Of a stretch of 64,000 nt of DNA, positions 22,101-34,100 are shown one piece after another. The first letter of the stretch is position 1. Each line of letters opens with the position of its first letter. The notes beneath the pieces were generated by a model that was given only the letters and a program-made list of their open reading frames with translations, did not search any database and was not told the DNA's origin. The DNA comes from Schmidtea nova. Taxonomy: Eukaryota. The DNA is taken from NCBI GenBank assembly GCA_044892505.1, contig CM097883.1:241490001-241554000 (forward strand), given 5' to 3'. A program made the translations under genes and the position numbers.

Positions 22101-25100
22101 GATCCAGACGTGAGTTGCTTTTTCAAAACTTCGTGGAATATAAGGTTTGTATGTGGTACTTGTTGTGAATTGAGGGTCTGAGTTGATAGTGAGGAAGTGT
22201 GCTCTTGCTGTCTCGAGTTCCTCTAAAGTTGGACTGTTTCCAAAATCTATGATCTCGGAAGGTAGTGAAGTTTGTGTTCCGAATAGAAGTTGAGAAGGAG
22301 TTGATCCTGTAGTTGTAGATGGAGTGTTTCTCCATCCCATTAAAACGAAAGGTAATGACTTGGTCCAACCTTTTGAGATAGAGAATATTGTCAGAGAGGT
22401 TTTCAAAATCCTTTGAAACCGTTCTAATAGACCATTTGTCTGCGGGTGGTATGCTGTAGAGCTTAAATGTTTGATTCCTAATCTTTCAGTGAGATGCTTA
22501 GAGATTCGTGATTCAAATTGTGCTCCGCGATCTGTTATGATGTTTCTAGGAACGCCATAACGTGAAATCCAATCCTGAACGATTTTGGTTGCAACGTTTT
22601 CGGCTGTAATTGTTTTTAATGGGATTGCTTCAATCTAGGGTGTTTTTCTGGCAATCATAGTCAGTATGTGACTATATCCGTTATCCATTGGTAATGGGCC
22701 TACTAGGTCGATGTGTACAACATCAAATCGATTTCCAGTTGGAAAATTCATTATTGGCGGTTTAGTGTTTTTGTTTATTTTGTTTTGTTGACAAAACAAA
22801 CATTGTAATACCCAATCTTTTATATCTTTTCCCATGAAAGGCCATACGACCCTGGTTCACAGGAATTCGTATGTTGATGCGGAACCTGGGTGATGTAAGT
22901 TGTGGATTGCTGAAAAGCTGGTTTACGTAATGGGACTGTGAGTATAGGTCTCATGCAGCCTGAAATTGAAATGTCATAGTCGATGTCATCGAGATTGAGG
23001 TGCCCAGATGAGAAAACGGATGTCTTCTTCTGTTGGCTTGTGTCTCTTGAGTTCGTCGACTGAAAGGAGTGGCTGGTGAGTTATTATGCAGGAACTTCTA
23101 GAAAGACAATCTGCAACAACGTTTTCTCTGACAGCTATATATGTGATCGTGCAGCGGTATTCAGCAATATATGAAATTTGTCTCTGTTGTCGAAGAGATG
23201 GGTCTCTCATTGTTATGGCATGTGCCAAAGGTTTATGTTCTATGAATATAGTAAAGTTTCGTCCTTCCAAAATATGTGGAAAATGTTTAATGGAAAGGTA
23301 AACTGCTAAAAGTTCGCGGTCAAAAGATGAGTACTTCTGTTGTGCCGCGTTCAGTTTTTGTGAATGGAATTCTAAAGCTTCAAGAGTTCCTTGATTGATT
23401 TGGTGCAAAACAGCTCCGATTGCAGTGTTCGATGCGTCCGTCGTCAAAGTGATCGAAAGATCTGGTTTTATGTATGCCAGTGTTTGTATTTTTAATAATG
23501 ACTCTTACGCTCTAGTAAAAGAGTGTAGAGCTTCGTTGCACCATTTAAATAGTTCATTTTTCTTTCCATTCGACAAATTTGTCATTGGTGCTAGGATTTC
23601 TGAGATCTTAGGTATGAATTTGTGGCAGTAATTTATTGTACCAAGAAAACTTCGGAGTTTTGTCACCGTTTTGAGTATTTCAAATTTTGGATGCAATCTA
23701 GTCTTTCTTGAAAAGGTCTAATTCCATCGCTTCTAATGACGTGTCCTAAAAACGGGCTTCTTCTTGAAAGAACGAACATTTTTATGGATCATTTGTAGGT
23801 TATTGGAATGTAGTGCGTTAAAGACTAAATCAAGATGCCTTTCGTGTTCAGTAATATTTTTGGACCCTATTAAGATATCATCTACGTATGCGACAACAAA
23901 ATTGAATTTTCCAAGTATGTTGTCGATGTGTCTCTGGAAGGTTTGTGCTGCGTTCCTTAGTCCAAAAGGCATGTAGAGATATTTGTATAATCCTATTGGT
24001 GTAATTACTGCTGTTTTGGATACATCCGTGGGATTCATTGGGTTTTGGTGATATGCTTTCTGTAAATCAATGGTTGAAAAGATTTTGGCGTTAGTTAAAC
24101 GGCGTAAAACTTCATTTATTAATGGCATTGGATAAGAATCATGAACGGTTACATTGTTGAGTCTCCTGTAGTCGCCACACGGTCGGTAGGTACCATCTTT
24201 CTTGAGTACTAAATGTATTGGTGATGCCCATGGTGACTGAGATTTCCTGACGATTCCATTTTCCTCTAGTTCCGAAAATATAGTCCATCGGATACAAAGA
24301 ATTTAATATATTAATATAAGTATCATAATATTGTCAATGATAATTAACAATAATCGTGTTAATTATCGTTTTAATATTTTGTTTAAATAACTTATCATTT
24401 TATAATAAATATAATTTGAATATTAAGAATTCTTATGTGTGCATTATAACAATGGCGTCACGATTGGAAGAATTGAATCTAGATGACAACATCAATGTCG
24501 AAATATGGTTAACCGCTTTTGGTGCGATGAGTCGAGCCAATAAGTGGGTCGACAGTGACAAATCAAGACAAATCATGGACAACTTCCTATCTGTATGTGG
24601 ACTGAAGGCACTCACGAAAATCCAACATATGGCTTCTCCCAAATTGCTAGAGGAGATGACGTTCAGCGAGATCAAAGCCATGCTATTGAACCACACACAG
24701 CCGAAAAGCAAAGTTGTAATAGCTGAGAGAGCAAGATTTTATCAGCTAAGACAGGAACCGAAAGAGAAATTAGCAGATTTCTATATCAGACTCAAGAAAG
24801 CTGCTATATATTGTGACTTCAAGAAATTGAAGGAATCAACTGACCCCAACGAAGATATGCTCCTCATGGCATTGATATCGGGAATATATGACATCAATGC
24901 TAAGGAAAAGATTTTGCTGCAAATGAGTGCTGGAATTCCAACATGCAACGAGATCCTCGCACAAATGCAAACATATGAGGAGATATCGACGTTCATATCC
25001 CTCCAGCATGGAACAAAACCTACAATTACCTCTACGACCGATGAAATCAATTTCATTAAAAAGAAGAGATCAAACCTTGGAACATCAAGGAAATTCGAAG

Positions 25101-28100
25101 AGAAAGGAAATCAAAGGTGTCATTACTGTGATCGAATACACGAGCCAAAGAAATGCCCGGCATATGGAAAGAAGTGTACGAATTGCGACAGAATGAATCA
25201 TTTTGCGAAAGCCTGCAGATCTTCGACAAAGTCGATACACGGAACATTCGCAGATCAGACATCGTCAGCCGATGAAAGTGATAGGCAGTACATCAACCAG
25301 TTCACTTCAAATAATATTACAAGTGACATTAACCCTGTCCTCTTAGGTACAACGATAGTGAAAATGCAAAAAGATACCGGCGCATCTGTATCAATCATAT
25401 CATCCAAGATGTGGGAAGACATGGGAAGACCGAAGCTTGACAAGACAAGAAGAAAGCTTGAAGTCTACGATGGGCATATCATGCAATGCCACGGCTCGTT
25501 TCTGACAACTGTGGAATGGGAAAAGCAAGTGCTTCCGGTAACAATCACAGTCATTCAATCTATGAAGGACTTCGGACTAATAGGAATGGATATACTGCAG
25601 CAGACACGACACGGAATCTTACAGTGTCAAATTACGAAGACAACAGAATCTCAAGTGTTACCAGCAATCAAAGGTATAAAAGCTTCTATGGATTTAATCG
25701 ACGATGCGAAGCCCATGTTCTGTAAGGCTAGGCCAATACCATTAGCTTTAGAAAACAAGGTCAACGATGAACTAATAAGGTTACAGCGATTAGGAGTAAT
25801 CTCTCCGTGCACCAAACCCGTACTGAATTCTTCGCCCGTGGTTTGGGTAAAAAAGAGCAATGGCGACCTCAGATTATGCGTTGACTTCAAAGTGCATATC
25901 AATAAAAAGATAAAGACCGATGCATACCCCATTCCGAACGTCGAAACAATTTTCTCAAAACTAAAGAATGCCAACAAATTTGCAAAGCTCGATCTCACAT
26001 CGGCATATTGGCAGATAGAATTAGACGATAAAGCAAAGGAGATATCGTGCATAAATACGACAAAAGGTATGTTTATTGTAAATAGATTACAGATGGGTAT
26101 GAAGAACGCCTCTGCAATCTTTCAAAGGACAATGGAGCAAATACTTAAAGATATCAAAGGAATACTAATCTACCAAGACGACGTACTGATTTATGCCGAG
26201 AATGAAGAATCACTAAGGAATAGACTGCAAACGGTAAAATCGCGCCTAAAAGAGAAAAAAGTTACAATCAACCAAGCAAAGACTATTGAACTTACCAATA
26301 GTGTTTCCTTCTTGGGTTTCGAAATATCGTCAAAGGGTATCACACCTGATAAAAGTCTCGTCAGCAAAATAAACAATATAAAAGAACCAACATGCAAGGA
26401 TGAAGTAGAATCTTTCATCGGGTTAATTAATTACTTTGGTAGGTTAATTCCAAATTTTTCAGACAAAACAAGAGTAATCAATGAATTGAGAAAAAAAGGT
26501 GTAAAGTTCGATTGGAACAAGGAATGCTCGAACCAGTTCAAAGCACTAAAACAAGAAATTTCAACGTATCCAGTTGTGCAACCTTACAGCCTCGAAAAGG
26601 AAGCCACATTGACGACTGATGCATCTAAACACGCCATAGCAGCTGTCCTAACCCAAGATGGCCATCCTGTGATCTACATTTCCAGAACACTTTCGGCTGC
26701 CGAAAAGAATTACTCTAACATAGAGAGAGAGGCTTTAGCCATAGTATGGTCTATATCTAGACTACAACACTTCTTATTAGGGAGGAAATTCAAGGTGAAT
26801 ACAGACCACCAACCACTCCAATCCCTATTCGGTAGCGAATCACCGATTCCAAGGCAAACATCCAATCGAATTTCAAGGTGGGCCATGCTGTTGATGCAGT
26901 ACGATTATGAAATATACTATGTAATGGGAAAGCAGATCCCACACGCAGATGCACTATCAAGACTAAAATTCATCGATGAAAAGGAAGCAAACGAGGAAAT
27001 CAAAACCAAGAACACATTGAGTGTTTTCACGGTCCAGTTTAGCGAGGGCTTATTAAATGCCTCAGAGGTCAGATTGGAAACATCGCTAAACGAGTTGGCC
27101 AGAGATATCATGCGTCGCATCAAGAAAGGCAATTGGTCGAAGTGCTCACAATCAGAAATGCCATTCAAGAAAATATCAGACCGACTAACAATTGAAGATG
27201 GACTGATTTACCACGGGTCACGTCTATTCATTCCACCAAAACTAAGGAAGAAATGCATTGACATAGCACACAATGAGACACATTCTGGTCTACAATCAAC
27301 ATTTTACCGGCTAAAGGCATCATCTTGGTGGCCTGGAATCCACGGAGACATCGACAACTTCATTAGGTCATGTGCAATTTGCAAGAAACTACATCCTCGC
27401 CCAGAGAAGAGCATTCACAAATGGCCAGAAGCGAAACCATTCCAAAGAGTACATATGGATTGGGCCCACATCAAAGAGGTGGGCGACGTGCTCATTATTG
27501 TAGACGCTGGTTCGGGATGGATTGAAGCCTTCAAGACATCCGATAAAACGAGTAAGTCAGTGATCACGTGCTTACGAACTGTTTTCACCAGGTTTGGAGT
27601 CCCGGAATGCATCGTCTCGGATAATGCCCAGGAATTCACTTCACATGAGCTAAACGCGTGGATCAACAGCCAAGGAGCAATGAAACTAGAATCGCCGGCA
27701 TACTTCCCTAGATCAAACGGATCAGCAGAAAGGGCTGTACAAACTGTCAAGAAAGCTCTCAAAGGATGGAACGAGCTTCGGACACATTGTGATTTCAATA
27801 CCTTCCTACAGAAAATCTTATTCCACCACAGAATTTCATCGACATCGAGGGGGAAATCACCCGCAGAGATTGTTTTCGGGCGACAGCCTAGAGCTCCAAT
27901 AATGTCTAAATTTCAACAAGGCCAGGACATCTGGTACAAAGCCAGTGAGGATGTGGAACCAAAAGAGGGCGAATTTATCATGACTAAGGGCAACAACACT
28001 TCATACATCACCATCGAGAGTCAGAACGACAATGTGACGTTGGTTAGCAATAACCAAATCTCAGACCACCGGCAGATTCAGGAAGTCAAAGACGCACAAC

Positions 28101-31100
28101 TTACGCAAGAAAAAGTACCAGCCGAATCCGACATTAGACGCAGTGGGAGACATCGATCGAAACATAGATGTGGGTGCTGCTGATGAAAGGATATCATAAT
28201 ATTGTCAATGATAATTAACAATAATCGTGTTAATTATCGTTTTAATATTTTGTTTAAATAACTTATCATTTTATAATAAATATAATTTGAATATTAAGAA
28301 TTCTTATGCGTGCATTATAACAATAAGAATTAATATAAGAATTAAAATTGATTTATTTAGTTTGTGATTAGTTATCGTTTTACATATTTACACGCATTTA
28401 TTTTTACATTAAAACAAAACAAAAACATATAAAATATAGTAACTACAAGAGTTACTTACAGGTTGTGCTGAAATTCTGGTGCTGGTTGATGAATTGCATA
28501 TGAATCTATGGTGAACTCCATCTTTACTTTTCTGTACTTTTTTTTGAACGTGCATTTTTCGTTTTGTTATTTAAACAAAGTTTTTTTTAATCTTTTTAAT
28601 TTTTTAAATAACAGTTTAGTATAATATAATATAAATTGATCTATTTTAGTAATTTCTAAATATACATAAAGTAGAGGCACTACAGAGCGTCATATTTTTC
28701 TTGGTTTTTTTAATTGTAGTGTCAAACAATTGTGAAGTTTTGTGTGCTAAATTGTAAGGTAAACGAATGTGGATATGTCTGGGTGTTTGATTGTTTTATT
28801 TGTTTCTGATTACATGTGAAAATATGTTTGTGCGCGTGTGTCAAATACAGTAGTCTTTTTTCTAATTGCAACATAATTTATATGAAAAAGATGTGTTATT
28901 ATGGCAGAAATATAGTAATACAGATTCGATCAAAAATTACCTTTCACACTTGCCTGACTACCGTATTCAATTTCCATATTACTCAAGATTTTAATGCTTG
29001 AGTTGGGTCTTTCAATGTTCTTTACTTTTCTGCACATCGCATAACGAAAGTCTGGATTCATCAGACCATAGAAAATCAAAACCCATAAACCCTACCATAA
29101 AACAAATATTAAATGAGCAAATTCCATTATTATAGATAAAGATTAATTCAAACTATATTTTAACAAATTTATTTCAAATATGATATTTAACCTCTGTGTA
29201 CTCTGGCATTACCTTATTCATGCTAATAAAAATATTGATAAAAGTTTCCTGGGGGAAAATCTCCAAAGTTTATATGCCAGCGGTTTTCAAAGGTTGAATG
29301 TGTAACTCTAGTAGTATGCGAAGTGTTGGCAAGTGGTACACAGAAAAAAACAAAAATTGTTTTACCAATTTATGATTAAGATTGAAATTAATTTTATTTT
29401 AAAATGTAAAAACTCTTTTTACTAGATCTGCCCGTATGAGGTACCGAGCAGCTCGTTCTCCAAACACTTTCTGTTTTTAAATGTTGAAACATCACAAATT
29501 TGTCATTTATTTTTTATTTTTCACAGAAAATGTTATTATAAATTATAATTACATTATAACGATCATGTGATAGTGTCGGTATATTATAATTTAAATTAGT
29601 TATTATAATTGTAAAACCAACAATGAATAAATCGTTGAAAGGACAATCAATTAAAATGTTTTGCTGGTAGAAGTGAAATTAAATTTTTGTTTTAATGCAT
29701 TTTAAAATAAATACAGACAAGAGATAAATTCAAAACTCACGAAGCAACAAAATAGCATAAAAGCAACATTGAATGTTAAAGCACAACTAAGCTCAAAATA
29801 TTAAGCATGCGAACCACATTTCATAAGTCGGTCGAGGGAGGGATAAAACGATAGAAAAGAGGCATCTCAAAAGAGAGAACACAATTTGAGTTCAGGTTGA
29901 ATTTACACACATAGGACGGCACGAGAATTGAATGGGTAGGATCATTGCTCGTAAATTAGATACGAAAAAGTATGATCGAAAATAAAAATGTTATAAAAAT
30001 AAAGAATAATTTATTAAAAATTATGGTAGAAATCCCCATTAAAATATCGTTAAATTAACAGAAATAGAAATATAAATATAAAAATTTGATTATTTAATCA
30101 ATTAACGCATGAAATTTGTATTCCGTTGACAAGCATATCAAATCTAATGATTCGTATTTTGATAAATATAGTCAAGTTTTAACCAAGTTACAGCATTTCA
30201 AAAGTTATAGTAAAAACTGGATTAATTTTGCACCAACATTATAGTAATAATAATAGTTAATTTTTATGTAATAGGGATTTATAATTTAAATTAAATTAAA
30301 ATTTTATATTTTAATTATAAATAATTATGACCATGTCAATTTATTAATAAAACAAAACAAAACTTACTTGTAATGAACCGAAAATAGCAAAAATGTAGGC
30401 TGTAGGAATAATAGACGTTGCCATGAATATGGTCACGAAAATCCAGCTGATGAGCATTAGTGAAATAGTACAGGCAGTTTGTACAATATTATCTCTAAAT
30501 TTTGAAATTCATTTATTTTAATTATATTTTAAAAATTTTAGAATAGACTTTAAAAAATAAAAATCTATTCCTACAATTACTGCGTAACTTCGTTTGTGCT
30601 AAATTTGTGAATATTAAGCCCAGAATTTATTAACTAATTTTTAATCTGTATCCAAAAGCAAATTACCTATAGTTAATAAAAACATCTTATTCTTTGTACT
30701 TTTAAACTTGAAAAGTTGTTAATTGGAATTAAACAATAGGTTTCCATTTCATCATTTTCAATACTATCCTTTTTTTACTTAATACTACCTCCGTTCCACA
30801 ATAGTTGTCACATTTGGATATTTTTGGTCCGATTATTGAAAATGTATGCTATTTGAGTAATTTTGTTAAAGATTTGCTAAATTTGTACTGTTTTAATTAT
30901 TTTCTAAGTGCAAATTTAAGAAAAAAAATTGGAAGTATTTAGTTAAAAAATTAAAGAAATAAAGTATTAGTAGTATTACTCACAATACAATACTAGTTGT
31001 ATTATAGTGTAATTGTGTCTTTTTTTTAATTTGTACGCGCGTACACGCACATGCTCAGAAAGAACACTGAGTGTGATCTGTTAAATGTAAAGTTTTTGAC

Positions 31101-34100
31101 AATAAATTTTGCAATTGAAATCTCAACCTCCGAATAGTCCAGACCTAAATGTTTTGGATCTTGGGTTTTTTAATTCAATACAAGCATTGCAACATCAGAT
31201 GGTCACTAAAAATATTGATGATTTAATTAGTGCAGTAGAAACAGTTTTCCAACAATTGGATCGAGACACACTTAATAGTGTATTCTTAACACTACAAACA
31301 TGTATGGAAAATATCATGATATCAAACGGAAACAACTTTTATAAGATTACTCATATAAATAATGAAAAACTTCGAATAGAAAGTCGACTCCCCATAAATT
31401 TAAAATGTAATTTTTAAATATTGAATAACTGAAATAAATGTTACTACTATAAAATTAATAAAGAACTTATTTCTGACTCGCAATTTTTTATTCACCTATT
31501 GATCACCTATTTTTAGGTGCCCAAGCTTGTTAGAAAGCCTTGAGTAATCCTTTTAAACAAGCTATTTCTTTTGAAAATCGTTCTAACACAAGCGAAGCAA
31601 TATCTATAAAAGTTTTATCAAATGGGACAAGTATTATAGAACCAAATTTGTGCATCAAATGTGACAACTATTGTGGAACGGAGGTAGTATTTACTACTGT
31701 TCACTAATGTTTGATATTATTAATCGTTTAATGAGTGTGGTTTTATAACGCTACTGTCTTCCCCCGAGCATATTACGCGCGCGTACTATATTCGAATTTT
31801 ACTCTGTAAATATAATTTATTGATGAAGATGCTGATTGTAAGGAATTGCTGGATGCTGCTGAAAAACGTCCACAATGTTAAGCACAACGAATATTACGGT
31901 TTAAAATTATAAAATTCATTTAAAAATTTTTTTTTTCATTTTTTCTTTATTTTAAAGAATTAAATGAAGCTAAGAAATAGCTTTGAAATTTGCAATGTTA
32001 GTTTATTTTTATTTTATATAGAACTACTAGAAAGATTTATAATAATATTCGAATAAATACGCCTGTTATATTTGAGTGCACATTTAATTTGAAAAAAATA
32101 TATAGTATTTCAAATTTTCAATATTTTCGAGAAATTTGATTATAACACGCGCGTATTATATTCGGGGAAAGACTGTAGTACAGGTAACCCTCGTTTAACG
32201 CGGTTGTTAAACTAAAATTATTTTAAATGTTAGATAAATTGTTTCAAAATATAATTAAATTTTTAACTTCTTTTCTTATTATAATCTTTTTCTTATATAT
32301 AAATTTTTAGTTTTATTTAACATGGTTTTAGTTAACACGGAACCAGTTAACCGCATTAAACGAGGGTTGCCTGTATTAAAAATATAAATATTCAATTTTC
32401 AAATTTATTTTAATTACTTTTTTTTGTAAAAGTACTTATTCTTATATGTAAATTAATATAAAAATAATTTTAAGTTTAAAATTTAAAATTTTTAAAAACA
32501 ATTTTTACCAGATTTATCTTTGAAAAAGGCAGTCTTATATAAATAAAAATATTTATCTACTAGCTGTAACTCTCGAAAAATCACGTGATTTGTCGACAAA
32601 ATTATGTCTCATAGATCATGAATTATATCTTAATTTTATAAATACACCGTTACTGACAAACATCAAAAATTTTAGATTTTTATTTATTTTAATTAATTAT
32701 TTAAAAATATTAAGTAAAACAAACAAAATTTTTTTAAAAAAATTTAAAATACAAATTTTATTAACTTACGTATAATGGTAATTATATAATTTGATAGTTT
32801 AAAATGAAGATAAAAGAAATAGCTAATGATTTTTTATTATTAAATGACAATTGATTAATATTTTTTTAAAAATTACCACATATTAATAAAATATTTCGGT
32901 CACTAGTGAAAAGTATAACTTTTTTTAAACTTTTTTTAAATTTTTTTGTCAAATTTATTAATTTGTGTTTTGAAACTTGAATTTTAAAATTTATTGAAAA
33001 TTTATTTGAAAATTTACCTGGCTTCTTCGAGAATTTCTCCTTTGATTGCAGGAGTATTGATATTGCAAGCCACAATGAGACAAGCTAATATTGTACAAAA
33101 AATAAATGCAATAATTGGTCCAAGAAATGACCATAAACTACTGTCAAATAGAGTAAGCCAGCAGTATGTATTACGACCGTAAGCATCTATATTCGAACCA
33201 GCAGTTTTGGCCACTATTATAATTGGTATACCCCATGCTATAGGAAAATAGTACTTCAATCGACCAGTTATAATACCCGAGGTTATTGCATAAAACACAA
33301 ATAATGCTTCGAAAAACATCCAAGTAAAAGTAGACGTGAAAAATAGGTGCATTATAATCCCAACAGTTCGACAGAACGTTTGATTCATTTGCCCGGGAAT
33401 TACTAATAAAAATGCCAAAGATCCGATAAAGAGAGATATTGCCATGTTGAGATGGATGATATATCTTGTTCCTCGCAAGGTCTTTGAAACAGCGATTGTG
33501 ATGATGAATATCAAAAGAGCTACTAATGAAATTCCCATTCCGCAATATGTGATTATGTTCACTGCTTGCATGTAATCGTATGAAGGAATTGTTGGCTGCA
33601 TTAGGATAGCAAAACTTGTCAGATGCTCACATTGGAAAACTACGTTTGTCGAATTCCAAAACGCTGCTTTACATCCTGAATTGTCCCATGCTCCGAACGA
33701 CGGAGTTGTCATATTTAACGAGTCATTCCAAAATGCAACTGCCCATTGATACTTTAACTGGGTTCGATCGGGTTCTACCGTATCCCATGGCGCAAAGCTT
33801 CCAAATCTCACATTGGGACTATTGAATCTTAAATTTATATTCACAATATTATTTCCGGGGTTGGGAACAAAAGCTGGATTGGTGTTGATTGTCAATATTT
33901 TACTGTTGACAATTAGCGAATTTGGAATGGAGGAATTCGCAATTGTAGGCATGATCTGTGGAGCGTTGTAAATCGCCGATGCGACTGCTACGACCGGTTG
34001 ATTGTTTTGAATGGTTTGCTGTGTAATCGTGAAGGATTCACTCCAGCCAAACCAAACGCTAGAATTTTGACTCCAAGCAATATCCCCATAATTTGGAAGG

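Larger units (their letters stand above)
21197..28460 (-). mobile_element. LTR retrotransposon E3 (Gypsy, decayed, gag/protease deleted); 5' LTR interrupted by E4
   Basis: 3' LTR ~21197-21384, preceded on the minus strand by PPT GGGGGCTATT. 5' LTR split into 28460-28328 and 24320-24277. GGTTGT at both outer junctions (TSD length ambiguous, 3-6 bp). LTR copies differ by several substitutions and indels. Confidence 0.88.

Noticed and set aside
24356-24451. Track start of the 1275-aa ORF (GTG at 24356)
   Set aside because: Lies within the 5' LTR; the ATG at 24452 next to the PBS is the plausible start.
10771-27798. Many short antisense or alternate-frame ORFs over E1-E4 and over the 3.8-kb GPCR exon
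   Set aside because: Shadows of the real pol or GPCR frames, without independent motifs.
21140-28560. Short minus-strand ORF (MEFTIDSYAIHQPAPEFQHNQHHELIKSRSQLY) restored when E3 is removed
   Set aside because: No T-rich acceptor, wrong phase for the GPCR, no recognisable homology; cannot be supported as an exon.
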